A stretch of DNA of 64,000 nucleotides from Opitutales bacterium (GCA_965226885.1 CBDDEL010000016.1:416001-480000); one strand, 5' to 3'; positions 25,726-37,654 are shown, counted from the first letter of the stretch. Notes: generated by a model not told the origin, from the sequence alone. Program-made: numbers and translations.

Positions 25726-27293
25726 CCCGGATATTTCATGAAGGGTAAAGTTTGGCTCGTTATTGCTATTGGAGATGGATTTCTTTGTATTTTGAGCAGA
25801 TCGTCTTGATTTTTAGGTGTTTTTCAGGGTGTAGAGACACTGCCCCCTTTCCCCCATTGGTTCGGTAGTGCCGGGGGCAGCACCAATGCACCCTTTAGGT
25901 TGGCACCAATCGGCGGGCCGCATGGTTGAAAAGACTGGCCCAAGGATAACTCTCACTTAGGTGAAAGTGAATCGTTCGGGTGTTGCGCACGATGACCGCT
26001 CCGATCTTGATTAATTTGAGCCGCAGGGTGTGGCATTGGGCCCGCGCCCACTTCGTCCCTTTTAAGGCTAACCGGCGCATGGCTTCCATCAAGGTGTAGG
26101 CCAGCGCCGACAAGAGCAATCGCCACTGATTGGCCCACCATTGATGGGCGCTGGTGCGCTCGCTGAACAATTGCATCTGTTCCTTGATTCGGTTCTCCAT
26201 TTCACCGCGGCCACAGTATACCTTGTCGTAAAGCTCCTGGGGATCGCCCGGCAGGTTCGTCACCACGAAGCGCGGGTTGGACCCCTGTGCGGTGTGTTCG
26301 GCTTTATGGATGACCAACCGCAGCCATCGCCACGAATCGGCAGCATAGACGAAGTCCTGGAATAACCGTTGTTTTTTACCCCTTAGTTCGAACCATTCTT
26401 TGGCCTGCTTTTGCAACTGCTGGGCGTCTTGCTGCAAGCGTGCATTGCGAGCCATCCCCACGATGTAACTAACTTCGTTGCGGTCGCACCAAGAGAGTAT
26501 CCGGTCTCGACAAAATCCACTGTCGGCGCGCCAAATAATCCGCGTACGGGGCCAGCTTTGGCGCATCCGTTTAACCAGCAATTTGAGGATGGCCCCGGCA
26601 TGCTTGCTGGCATCGATCTTGCTCGGCCGCAGGTAGGCCACCAGCAGCTGATCACCGCAAAAAACATATAGCGGCAGAAAACAGTAATGATCATAATAAC
26701 CGTGGAAAAAACGTCCCTCCTGGAGCCCGTGCACCGGATTGTCGGTGGCGTCAAAGTCCAGGATGATCTCTTCGGGTTCCTCGGCAAAGGAGCCCATGAA
26801 CTGTTCGACCAACAGCTCGTTTACCGCAAAGGCCGCCCGCCGATCCTGCCCGTTTTCAAAACGACACAAAGTCGGCGCGCTGGCCAACGTTTCAATGCGC
26901 CCCGTTACCGTTTGCTAACAATGGATCGTGGCGCAGGGTATCAAAGTCGTTCAAATCCTCATAGCCCGCCACCAGCCCGTAAACGCGCTGCCGCAGCATC
27001 CCCAATACCTCATGGCGTACTTTGCCCTTCTGCCGTTTGTCCACTAACTGTCGGGCCGCTCGTTCGGTCAAGCCCAACTGCCGATCCACTTCCCGGATCA
27101 AAAGCAGTCCGGCATCCGAAGTAACCTCTCCGCCCTTGAAATCAACCCGCACACGGCGGCCTTTTACCCTTGTCAACTGTAGCTTTAATTGTTTACCTTT
27201 TGTCATCGCTGATATTGCTTTAATTATTGATCTATCCTGCTGTATATCAGCAGTTAAGCATATCAACGATACTTTTTTTACGAAATATCCGGG
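25726..27293 (-). mobile_element. IS1380 copy 4, frameshifted, in tandem with copy 3
   Basis: Both IRs; 4-bp spacer CTAA to copy 3; +1 T near 26916. Confidence 0.93.
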
Positions 27294-27472
27294 TTAGGCC
27301 TGAGCCTGCACTCATAAGTTGGACTTCACCGGGATGGAGAGTGCGCTTGTTTCCCATACTATCTTCGTGGGCAAGTTCACCCTCAAGGACGTAGGAGAAG
27401 ATCTCCATATCCCGATGCGGGTGGGCGGGGAATCCTTCACCGGGAGCAACTTGATCCTGATTGATTACTCTT
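27294..27472 (-). pseudogene. Pirin-family protein internal fragment
   Basis: [52 protein letters not shown]; cut by IS on both sides. Confidence 0.9.
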
Positions 27473-28805
27473 TGAAATGGACGGGGAAAACTGGACAGTG
27501 GAATAAGGTGGTCTTGAACCACTAAATCCGCTAACCTATGAATGTTATTAAATCACGAAAGAGAAGACAATACAGTGCTGAGTTTAAAGCCCGAGTGGCC
27601 CTGGAAGCCATCAGGGGCGCTCATACCATCAACGAGATCGCCGGTCGTTTTGAGGTGCATCCCAACCAGGTGACCCAATGGAAGAAGCAGCTTTTGCAGG
27701 GAGCAACGGAGCTGTTTTCGCGCCAGCGGCAGACTCTCAGCAAGGACAACGAGACGGAAAAAGATCACCTTTACCAGGAGATTGGAAAGCTGAAAGTAGA
27801 ATGCGATTGGCTAAAAAAAAAGTCTGAACAATTCGGTTGGTGAGAGGCGCAAGATGGTGCAACCACTTCAAGGAAAAATCAGTATCGGCAGGCAATGTCA
27901 GTTGCTGGGGCTGGCCCGCGGCAGCTATTACTATCGGGCCCGTGCCCAGTGCGAGCAGAACGTTCTCTACATGCATCGCATGGATGAGCTCTACACCCAA
28001 TATCCGTTTTTTGGTTCTCGCCGGATGACCCAGTGGCTGCGTCGAGAGGGCCATGCAGTGGGACGAGGCCGCATCCAGCGGCTCATGCGCCAAATGGGCC
28101 TGGAGGCTATTTATCCGCGTCGAAACTTGAGCCAGGGGCACCGGCAGCACCGCATTTTCCCTTATCTGCTGCGGGGTTTGGCGGTCGAGCGGCCCGACCA
28201 GGTATGGTGCAGCGACATCACTTACCTGCGGCTGAGCCGAGGATTCCTTTTCTTGACCGTGGTGTTGGACTGGTTCAGCCGCTACGTGTTGAGCTGGCAG
28301 CTTTCCAACACCCTGGAGAGCCGCTTCTGTGTGCTCGCCCTGGAGGAAGCTCTGAGGCGGGCCCAACCTCAAATCTTCAACACCGATCAAGGCAGCCAGT
28401 TTACCGGCAGCGAGTTCACCTCGGTGCTGGGGCAAGCCGGGGTGCGCATCAGCATGGACGGGCGTGGCCGCTACCTGGACAACATATTTGTTGAACGCTT
28501 TTGGAGAACCCTCAAGTATGAAGACATTTACCTGCGCGAATACGCCACGGCAAAGGAAGCCAGCGAAGGGATAGCCCGCTACCTGGACTTCTACAACCAC
28601 CTGCGCCCCCACCAAGCCCTGGGCTACCGGACCCCGGCCGAAGTCCATGCAATCGGAGCAAAACCACCCTCCCCGCCAATACAGCTTGCGGGCACCTGCG
28701 TGCCCGTCTTTGGCTAAGGACAAAATATATTTTTAAAAAATAATATGAACACGATTTCCACCTTAATCCCACGTCAAAATTGTCCAAACAACCCCGTCCA
28801 CTTCA
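27473..28805 (+). mobile_element. IS3-family element A, copy 2
   Basis: 1333 bp, near-identical to copy 1; flanks CTT/CTA do not match. Confidence 0.95.
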
Positions 28806-29073
28806 CTATCTCGGCCGCCATCTCCTTCGGACTGCTCTGTCGCTTTGAGGTGGCTTCGCCCTGCTGATCGTCCAGATAGAGCCAGAGCCTCTTCCACCTA
28901 TACAATTGGTTGGTGTTGACCCCAAGTTTGGTCGATACCTCGGTGGCGCTCAGACCATCGAGTATCATCAGTTGAACTGCCTCATTTTTGAACTCTATAC
29001 TAAAGCGTCTTCTTCCCATGCTTCGATTCTCCATTTAGGAGAATCTCGTGTCCACTTTTTCCAGTGCACATCA
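28806..29073 (-). mobile_element. IS3-family element B, truncated (left end and part of orfA)
   Basis: Reverse complement of TGATGTGCACTGGAAAAAGTGGACAC end and orfA as in 60570-61897. Confidence 0.9.
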
Positions 29074-29169
29074 GCGGTTGTCGGCATTCAACCTTACTTC
29101 TTGATAATCGTATATCCCAAGGGCTATGATGTTTCAGAGGGAAATCAAACTGTTGTAAACTACTATTAT

Positions 29170-30502
29170 TGAAATGGACGGGGAAAACTGGACAGTGGAA
29201 TAAGGTGGTCTTGAACCACTAAATCCGCTAACCTATGAATGTTATTAAATCACGAAAGAGAAGACAATACAGTGCTGAGTTTAAAGCCCGAGTGGCCCTG
29301 GAAGCCATCAGGGGCGCTCATACCATCAACGAGATCGCCGGTCGTTTTGAGGTGCATCCCAACCAGGTGACCCAATGGAAGAAGCAGCTTTTGCAGGGAG
29401 CAACGGAGCTGTTTTCGCGCCAGCGGCAGACTCTCAGCAAGGACAACGAGACGGAAAAAGATCACCTTTACCAGGAGATTGGAAAGCTGAAAGTAGAATG
29501 CGATTGGCTAAAAAAAAAGTCTGAACAATTCGGTTGGTGAGAGGCGCAAGATGGTGCAACCACTTCAAGGAAAAATCAGTATCGGCAGGCAATGTCAGTT
29601 GCTGGGGCTGGCCCGCGGCAGCTATTACTATCGGGCCCGTGCCCAGTGCGAGCAGAACGTTCTCTACATGCATCGCATGGATGAGCTCTACACCCAATAT
29701 CCGTTTTTTGGTTCTCGCCGGATGACCCAGTGGCTGCGTCGAGAGGGCCATGCAGTGGGACGAGGCCGCATCCAGCGGCTCATGCGCCAAATGGGCCTGG
29801 AGGCTATTTATCCGCGTCGAAACTTGAGCCAGGGGCACCGGCAGCACCGCATTTTCCCTTATCTGCTGCGGGGTTTGGCGGTCGAGCGGCCCGACCAGGT
29901 ATGGTGCAGCGACATCACTTACCTGCGGCTGAGCCGAGGATTCCTTTTCTTGACCGTGGTGTTGGACTGGTTCAGCCGCTACGTGTTGAGCTGGCAGCTT
30001 TCCAACACCCTGGAGAGCCGCTTCTGTGTGCTCGCCCTGGAGGAAGCTCTGAGGCGGGCCCAACCTCAAATCTTCAACACCGATCAAGGCAGCCAGTTTA
30101 CCGGCAGCGAGTTCACCTCGGTGCTGGGGCAAGCCGGGGTGCGCATCAGCATGGACGGGCGTGGCCGCTACCTGGACAACATATTTGTTGAACGCTTTTG
30201 GAGAACCCTCAAGTATGAAGACATTTACCTGCGCGAATACGCCACGGCAAAGGAAGCCAGCGAAGGGATAGCCCGCTACCTGGACTTCTACAACCACCTG
30301 CGCCCCCACCAAGCCCTGGGCTACCGGACCCCGGCCGAAGTCCATGCAATCGGAGCAAAACCACCCTCCCCGCCAATACAGCTTGCGGGCACCTGCGTGC
30401 CCGTCTTTGGCTAAGGACAAAATATATTTTTAAAAAATAATATGAACACGATTTCCACCTTAATCCCACGTCAAAATTGTCCAAACAACCCCGTCCACTT
30501 CA
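29170..30502 (+). mobile_element. IS3-family element A, copy 3
   Basis: 1333 bp, TSD TAT. Confidence 0.95.
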
Positions 30503-30544
30503 TATCGTCAAGCTGCTTAATGGGAAATTCAGCCCCCTCCACCC

Positions 30545-31525
30545 TCAAGTTGGGGAATTGCGCAGGCTTTCCCGATGTTCCTTTAAAAGAGTTGAAATGG
30601 TGTCGATGGTGTCCTTCGGCAGGAAGGCTTGTCCGGCAACGGTAGTTTCTTTCAATTGCTCTGGATCGCGGGAACCCACAATTGCGGACGTAACCGCCGG
30701 GTTGCGCAAAGTCCAAGCAATCGACAATTGCGCCGGAGTCATTCCGGCAGTTGCGGCGACGGTTTTGAGTTTTTCGATCAGCTTCAGGTGTGCCCCGAAT
30801 CGGGGTTCAGTGAAGTTGGAATCCCTTTTCCGGTGGTCCTCGGGGTGAAGGCCTTCCATCCATTGGAGAGAGAATTTTCCCGCTAAAAGTCCTTTTTGCA
30901 AGGGGCTGTAAACCAAAACGCCGATGTTGTTATCCGCGCAATATGGCAGCAACTCCTCCTCCAGTTGGCGTCTAAGCAAGCTGTAGGGCGTTTGCAGGGA
31001 AATCACCGGGTGAATGGGTTGGATCCTCTTCAATTGTTCCACGCTGAAATTGGATACCCCGCCCCAGCGGTCTTTTCCCTCTGAAATCAACTCAGCCACG
31101 GCGCTCCAGCCTTCTTCGATATCTTCATCGGGTTGAGCCCAATGAATCTGTTAAAGATCGATCACCTCAATGCGCAAGCGTCTTAAACTTGACTCTACTT
31201 CCTCCCGAATACTGGCCCTTTTTAAACTTCCGCTTAGATTTCCCGACTCATCCCAGAGTCGACTGCACTTGGTGGCGATTATGGGCAGTGGAGACATTGC
31301 GGCCAAAACAGAGCCGACCACCTCTTCGGCATGACCCAGACCGTAGATCGGAGCCGTATCGATCCAATTGATGCCTGTTTCTATCGCTCTGCGAATGGTG
31401 TCTCTGGAAACATTGTCATCCTGCGGCCCCCAACTTGCCTTCCAGCCCGTACCGCCCATGGCGAAAGTTCCCAATCCAATTGGGGAAAAGCGGAGGTCGG
31501 AATTACCCAATTGCCTGGTCTGCAT
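30545..31525 (-). pseudogene. Aldo/keto reductase with nonsense mutation
   Basis: GINWIDTAPIYGLGHAEE, SLRRL..EVIDL*QIHW (TAA at 31151 where Tyr is expected), GVSNF, YSPLQKGLL. Confidence 0.92.
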
Positions 31526-31528
31526 TAT

Positions 31529-31623
31529 TCGAAAATTCCCACATGAACATTCATAATCGTTGAAAATAGCTACTTTCTAATATTTCGATCCAATTTTTTA
31601 AGCTTTCATTGTGATTTGGCAAT
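31529..31623. repeat. Dispersed ~100-bp AT-rich intergenic repeat, copy A
   Basis: Core CATGAACATTCATAATCGTTGAAAATAGCTACTTTCTAATATTTCGATCCAA shared with 33331-33396 and reverse complement of 38744-38845. Confidence 0.85.
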
Positions 31624-31968
31624 CTGATGTGCACTGGGGGGTTTCCTGGGCATGCGGTACGGCTTGATCTCACCGATCTTTTCGCGGTGCTTAACCTTGG
31701 ACTCCCACAAGATGTATTCGGATTGCAATGAATACCAAAACTCGGCGTTCAACCGCTTAAAACCTCTGCTTGCGATACTCAGCTCTCGGGGATCAATGTT
31801 CTTGAAATACTCGCCCAGCCTCAAAGCGACACCAGGGCTGATCTTTCGAGTCCCGTGTGTAATTCTGTAGAGATCAGAGCTGTGGATACCCGTGGCCTTG
31901 TGCAACCTGTACCTGGAAATGCCAAGACCTATCAGCACCCTGTTTAACGTAATGCCGGGTTTGTTCAT
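31606..31968 (-). CDS. HigA-like XRE-family HTH protein (antitoxin type)
   Basis: PG..L..LGIS.Y.L.KATGI..I..G.RKISPGVALRLG.YF..AEFW..LQS.Y pattern. Confidence 0.75.
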   Translation of the reverse strand: MNKPGITLNRVLIGLGISRYRLHKATGIHSSDLYRITHGTRKISPGVALRLGEYFKNIDPRELSIASRGFKRLNAEFWYSLQSEYILWESKVKHREKIGEIKPYRMPRKPPSAHQIAKSQ

Positions 31969-32033
31969 AGTTGTCTTTTCTGCACGAATTAATTAATATC
32001 AATTCCCCCTGTGAATCCTGCAAAATAAAAAAC

Positions 32034-32549
32034 CTATACCGCCGCAAACTCCCTTGGAACAAGCCCTCCTGCCCCTCTTGTGGCATCAATTAGCTCAATC
32101 CAGGGACCAAGGTCATCTGTCCGGGTGAAAGGTTCCCATATCTGCACCTGATATTCCCCTGAACTATCCCATAGGGTAAGCCTGAATTGTTCCCCATCGA
32201 TGGATGCTGTCGGGTGATCCTGGCACTGCATTGGAATCCCCTCAGCCACGATTTTATGGATGGCTTGATCGGGTGGTAGCTCCATCGTTCCAATTTCCAC
32301 CTGCACCGATACCTTTTTCTTTTCTTCCCGGTATGCTGCCCATAGCTTCTTCCATGCGCTTTCAAGGAAACGGGTTAGGATGATGGTGGTCGTGCCTTCC
32401 CTGTAGTCGATGTCATAGACCACTTCCGGCTTCCAACAGGGTAGCCACTCAAGGCGCAGGTTCCAATCGCCTGGGGCCGTGATCGAATCGAATCTTCTTA
32501 GGTAGCTGGAAATGAGCCGGTCGTAGGCGTTAGAGATTTTATCTAGCAT
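32034..32549 (-). CDS. Hypothetical protein (~171 aa)
   Basis: ATG at 32549 overlaps the stop of the upstream CPBP gene; no recognised motif. Confidence 0.55.
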   Translation of the reverse strand: MLDKISNAYDRLISSYLRRFDSITAPGDWNLRLEWLPCWKPEVVYDIDYREGTTTIILTRFLESAWKKLWAAYREEKKKVSVQVEIGTMELPPDQAIHKIVAEGIPMQCQDHPTASIDGEQFRLTLWDSSGEYQVQIWEPFTRTDDLGPWIELIDATRGAGGLVPREFAAV

Positions 32550-33228
32550 TTGCCTGTAGCCACAATACGATGAGACCGTAAGTATTGGAAAAACCATGCG
32601 CGAGGATGGCAGGCCATAAACTGCCGCGTGCGAACCATACCACGGTGCCGAAAATGAGTCCACTAACAGTCGCTCCTGCGACACCGGCGGCACCTTGATA
32701 AGTGTGAACAAAACCGAAGATCATCGCCTGAAGAAAAAGGACAAATAGCCTAACATTTCGGCTACCGCCAAGCGATGAAGTGATCCCGCGCATCAGCAAC
32801 CCGCGAAAGGCCATCTCTTCCCCGAATGCTGCAAAGGTCCAGCTTAAGGCAAGGAGTGCGAGTAGGTCGGGCAACGAAGCGCTCGCCTCTTCGAATCGAG
32901 AAAGGTCAGGACCCGCTCCGAATATTGTAATCCAGATAGGCTCCAGAAGCTCACTCGCCAATATTACCGTCGCAGCGCCCAATAGGCCGAGTGCCAAATG
33001 TACTTTCGGCTTGAAGGCAACGCCAAATCCGATTCCACCCCATCCGATGGACGAATGAACAACCCGTATCATTACGAAAACGGTTAATACTATAAAGGCG
33101 GGTGTGGGAACGCCAGACAGCCCGCGCATACTTTCGATGGACAGCACAGCCCAGCGAAGTGCACCTATAAGAACCAACCCCACGGAAAAGAAAATGAGGA
33201 GGCGCAACTGTGTTTTCTTGACATTCAT
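32539..33228 (-). CDS. CPBP family intramembrane glutamic endopeptidase (CAAX protease/Abi)
   Basis: AAFGEEMAFRG, FGFVH, AILAHGFSN motifs; several TM segments. Confidence 0.9.
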   Translation of the reverse strand: MNVKKTQLRLLIFFSVGLVLIGALRWAVLSIESMRGLSGVPTPAFIVLTVFVMIRVVHSSIGWGGIGFGVAFKPKVHLALGLLGAATVILASELLEPIWITIFGAGPDLSRFEEASASLPDLLALLALSWTFAAFGEEMAFRGLLMRGITSSLGGSRNVRLFVLFLQAMIFGFVHTYQGAAGVAGATVSGLIFGTVVWFARGSLWPAILAHGFSNTYGLIVLWLQANAR

Positions 33229-33330
33229 TGGCTAAAGAAACTCTGCGGAGTGAAAGCATTCCTTTTCGATGATCGAAAGGATTAAGTTCAAATTCAGGGA
33301 ATAAAAGGGCCACGCGCCGAAAATTTTCCA

Positions 33331-33396
33331 ACGGAGTTTTCCCATAACAACATTCATAATCGTAGAAGATTGCTACTTTCGAATATTTCGATCCAA
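33331..33396. repeat. Dispersed AT-rich repeat, copy B (partial)
   Basis: TTCCCATAACAACATTCATAATCGTAGAAGATTGCTACTTTCGAATATTTCGATCCAA. Confidence 0.8.
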
Positions 33397-34615
33397 TCAC
33401 TCCGTGCCGGCCTGGTTCACGACTATGCGCTGCCGCACTGCGGGCGAAACAAACGCGCCCTGCGCAACATCCTCTTCCGTGAAAACACAGAGGTGTATGA
33501 CCTTGTCCTTGTAACGGTTGTAATCGTATATCAGGTATATCCTGCCATCCGGCGCTTGCACCCCTTCTGGGTAGGACACCGCAAGCCGATCGTCGATGGT
33601 CAGACCGCCGTGCCATGTCTGCCCGTCATCATCGGAAAGATACGCCGTCAACCGGCTACGTTGCTTCCAGGAACCATTCACCTCGCCTGTTTTGAGCCAC
33701 GCCGTATCCATGTCCGGGTTATGCTTGACCAGTAGCAACCGTCCCGAGTCCAGCCGCCAGCCGCCGTATGAAAAACCGTGCCGCCAAATGCGGTATCGAC
33801 GATGGCTGGCCCGGACTCCAGGTTTTTCCTCGGTCCGTCGAAATACTCTCGCCGATGCCATACTGAGTGCGCACCAGCATCCACAAGCTCCTGTCCCTGC
33901 GCTCGACAATCATGTGCTCTTCAAAACGAACCTCAGGCACATGGGCAGTGCCTAGCAATTTAAACGTCTCCCCCTTGTCCCGCGAAACATAAACATGCGC
34001 GCCAGTCTTCGATTCATCCCACTTCAAATACTTCTCTGGAATAAACCGATCGCTGGTCGGATCGTTCACCGGCTTATGACCCCAGTAGGCAATCGGATAA
34101 AGCCACTCACCTGAAGCCAGCACTGTTGGTTTGTTCATCATGATCCCGTTGGCGATCCGTCGCGGTTTCGACCACTGCGGGTTTTCATCGCCGGGATTTT
34201 CCGCAACTATCGCCCAGACTCCCGCACGTCCGTCCCACCAACTGTAAGATTGCGCATAGATCAGCCAGAGCCGTTCCTCCGGATCGAGCCACAACGTCGG
34301 GTCGTAAGTGCGTACCAACCCTTCACCATCGACCACCAACTTCAAGTCTGACCAGTTCCTGCCGTCATACCCGCTTGTGATCGCCATCACATAATTTTCC
34401 GGGCCTTCGCCGTTGCCCCCGCCGTACCACACCACCCATAAGCGGCCGTTCGCCGCGCGCGCAATTCCCGGGATGCCCTGAAACCCCCGCGCTACCCCCG
34501 CATACTCCGGGCCGGGAATCGTATGAATTGTCGCCGGAAGCATCGCCGGATCATTCATCATAAATGACATCGAACAAATCGAAAGAAACGCTATGATTAC
34601 AACTGTTGCGCGCAT
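33397..34615 (-). pseudogene. Sialidase/BNR-repeat family protein, frameshifted
   Basis: FQGIPGI; Asp-boxes SRDKGETF, STDRGKTW, SDDDGQTW; VSYP; 7-bp tandem duplication at 33750-33763 shifts the frame. Confidence 0.88.
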
Positions 34616-34627
34616 CGCTTATCCTCA

Positions 34628-34701
34628 CCGAGATTTCCCATATGATGGGGATGAATCGATAAAATTATCGGCAATTTAATAAGCTTTGGCAATTTCTTTG
34701 G
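34628..34701. repeat. Dispersed AT-rich repeat, copy D (ends only)
   Basis: CCGAGATTTCCCATATGA and TTTGGCAATTTCTTTGG match both ends of copy C; middle differs. Confidence 0.55.
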
Positions 34702-34711
34702 TATCTGCTGG

Positions 34712-35035
34712 TCAATTATTGCCCTTACGCCCTGCCTGGACAAGATCGGGCAACAGGAAGCAGAATTTCAAAAAGCTGATAACCCAGACGAACCAGGAGA
34801 TATAAACGAGGTATATGGGCGTAAGATTCATTCCACCAAGCAAGATCACTGAAATCGCTAAAGCCTGGCCGCAGATGCTCATTGCCAATTCCTTGGCCCA
34901 GCGGGGAATGCGCTTCGATAGCTTGCCCTTGGTTCCAATATCCCGGAGGTAGTAGGCCATAAAGGCACACGATCCCGGACAATGCCCCCAGGACGATCAG
35001 GAACGCCGCCAGCTTGTAATTCAGGCTATACTGGA
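34712..35035 (-). pseudogene. Small membrane protein, probably frameshifted
   Basis: Hydrophobic segments in two frames (KLAAFLIVLGALSGIV.. and ..LAISVILLGG..ISWFVWVISF). Confidence 0.4.
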
Positions 35036-35061
35036 CATGCTACCCTCGCGGCCCTGAAGTT

Positions 35062-35559
35062 TCAGGAGCCTTTTTGTCTTGCTGCCATTTTGCGGAAAAT
35101 ACCTGGTCCATGAATTTCCCTAAGCATTTTCCGACGAAGGGCCACAGCCAATTTAAAGGCTTTTTGCTCCCCGTATTTGCGGATGGAGAATGAAGTGCAT
35201 TTCTGTTCACCGGGGGAAGGCCGCCAACTTACTGAGTAATATTCAGTAATGCTGCCGCTAAGACTTTTTTTGGCCATTCGGCACACACCCAACACTCCGG
35301 TAGTATTGCGCACATCGCGATAAGCTATCCTTCGGCCCCGAGGCTTGGTAGGAATTTGGGCAAGTTTTTCGTAGAGATCGTCCCGATACTGACGGGCTTC
35401 TTTCTGCGCCTTTCTTATGCCCCCGCATTTCATATCGCTGAAAAGTTTGGAGTAGATTTTCCCGTTTTTATACCCTCTCACAAACCATCCGCGGGTTGAA
35501 CCTGAATCAATGCGGCTGATTCCCTTGTTTTTGGGGTTTTTCCTCTTTCTTTTTGCCAT
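35062..35559 (-). CDS. Double AP2-domain DNA-binding protein, paralog a
   Basis: KGISRID..GWFVR..KLFSD.K.GG..KA..AR.YRD and NTTGVLGV..SVSW..SFSIRKYG..KAFKLAVALR; very basic. Confidence 0.75.
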   Translation of the reverse strand: MAKRKRKNPKNKGISRIDSGSTRGWFVRGYKNGKIYSKLFSDMKCGGIRKAQKEARQYRDDLYEKLAQIPTKPRGRRIAYRDVRNTTGVLGVCRMAKKSLSGSITEYYSVSWRPSPGEQKCTSFSIRKYGEQKAFKLAVALRRKMLREIHGPGIFRKMAARQKGS

Positions 35560-35585
35560 AACCTATCTGATTTAATGATTTGAGT

Positions 35586-35670
35586 TAAGAACCATCCCCA
35601 GTTTGCTTTGAATCTTTGAATAACAATACGACCTTACCCATACACCAAGCCCAAGTCACGCTCATAACCG
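35586..35670 (-). pseudogene. C-terminal remnant paralogous to the membrane protein at 37655-37918
   Basis: VMSVTWAWCMGKVVLLFKDSKQTGDGS* versus VLSVTWLWCMVRAYLYSKRSQDGS*; DNA match TTTGAGTTAAGA.CCATCC. Confidence 0.65.
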
Positions 35671-37641
35671 CCTACAACCCCGGCGGCACACTGAAGAGGC
35701 TTGCCGTCCAGGCGCTGGAAAAATCTGCTTGTGGGGGTGTTGTTATTAAATGTCCAAATCCAGGCCGGAGTGTCGTTGAAAAGAAACTGCCAGCGATAGG
35801 TGTTTTGGTTGAGAAAAATCCATTCCTGCAAGCCAAAATCAAACAGGAAGATTACTTCGCTGTTGCTGTCCTCAGAAACGAATTGCCAGCCATGTTCATC
35901 GTGATAAATCCAGGGCCAGAAATCCACATTGTAATTCAGATACCAGGGCGATCCGCGCCACTCGGGGAAGCCTTCAATGGGTTCACCGCCAAATACATCG
36001 GGCGGCTCTGTGTTGTATATCTGATCGGCAAATTCCGGGAAATCGACGAAGGGATTGCGATTGCCCTGGAAACCGCTGAAGATCGTCTGATTCCTGAGCC
36101 GTTCGGTGTCGGTCACCGGATGCTCACGGTTCCAGGCCAGAAGGGTGTCCAGGATTCCCATTTCGGGAATTAAGCTCTGACCTCCAAATTGCGGATCATT
36201 GTTTAGCTTCAGATCAAGAGTTGCCTCATCGCTTCCGTCATAACGAACCGCCATGTAAAACATCGCTCTGGCGATTTCTCCCTTCACGCTGTCGGGCGGC
36301 TCCCACGAGTCAGAATCGCGGGAGACCTCGGGGGCCGGGCCGAACGAACCGGGAGGAAGATATTCAGCGTCGCCGGGGTCGCTGTCGTCAAATATCAGGT
36401 TGCCCCGGCTGCTGTTTATGGAAGCCAGGCTTGGGCGGAGGCTGAACAGGTCGGAAGTATCCGCCCCTGATTCGTCAATGCCCCTTGACTTGGGCCACAG
36501 GTGTTCACGGTTCCATATACTGGGAAAACCATTGAAAGGTTCAGAGGCAGCGGAAAATATCGGCATCACTTTACCCTGGTCAAAGAGGTCCAGGTCGAGA
36601 ACCTGAAAAGCCTCATCTGCCTGGGAAAAGGGAATGACCGTGTGCCCGTCGATGATATTGTGGAGGGCACTGGCCAACTCTGTTCCACTTTTTCCCTCCG
36701 CTGCGGCGTAGTAACCCGAGGGAACTGGATCAATTTGAAACTGTGAGCTGTCAAAAACAGTGAATGACCATTCAAAGTTCTCCGTCATATTGTCCGGGCT
36801 CTCATCAATGTCGCTGACCAGGCTGGCGAAAATCATTATCGTGACGGACTCGCCCTCTTGAAAATCCGTGGCAGTTTTGAGGGTAAAATCCGGGGAGTTA
36901 TCTGCGGCCGTGACTATTGCGGAAATCGATCCGCTCAAGCTCCCCTCAATGGAAAACCACTGGCCGTTCACATCTACTACTTCACTGAAAGAAACGAGAA
37001 TATCGGCCGCCGGAGGCACACCTACCCTGCCATTTTCAGGATCAAAGCCCGATACCATCGGCGGGAGGTCGGTGGCCTGGCCGGTGAAGGTTTGGTTTAC
37101 ATTTGCCGCCCCATAGGTGCTGGCCTCTGGAGCCTCCCATTGGAAGTCACTGGAATCGGAGCCGACACCCGAAAGTTGCAACGAGTGACCAATGGGTGTT
37201 GCAGAACCCTCCTGCACACCGAGGTCGATACTTTCGATTCCCGCGGCTGGCCCATCGGCCGCTATGAAGGTTCCCTCATAACTGAAAAATTCGACCAACG
37301 AACCTGAAGAATCGACCAGGGCCAACCCGTCCGGCGATCCGTTTTGAATTGGGACTATGGCGAAGAACACCGCTCCGATCCCACTGTCTTCCTGGGGGAT
37401 TATCCCACTTAAGGGAACAGTCTTATAAACTTTCAGTTCGGATGCGGTGCCATTGTAAAGGGCAAGGCTCCAGCCTGTCAGGTCGGTTCCTGACGGCCCG
37501 GCGACCTCAATTCCCTCGTTGGCGTCCGCCCCGCTGTTATCATAGGTTATCATAGTGGATTTCATTGATAAAGACCGGGCCTGCAAAAGCCGATATGGCA
37601 ACAATCAATGTGGCCATCAACACTGTGGAAGTTTTAATCAT
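35634..37641 (-). pseudogene. Secreted endonuclease I-family protein (lamin-tail-like + Ig-like + nuclease + Trp-rich C-terminus), frameshifted
   Basis: True start ATG 37641 (MIKTSTVLMATLIVAISAFAGPVFINEIHYDN), broken by 10-bp duplication 37536-37555; WNREHLWPKS, INSSRGN, KGEIARAMFYMAVRY, QGNRNPFVD; probable extra +1 near 35700. Confidence 0.88.
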
Positions 37642-37654
37642 TCTTATATTTGAG

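Noticed and set aside
31151..31153. Stop-codon readthrough or recoding in the aldo/keto reductase (also TAG at 22591 and 44732)
   Set aside because: TAA replaces a conserved Tyr, TAG is used as a normal stop elsewhere (e.g. rseP), and surrounding decay explains these stops.
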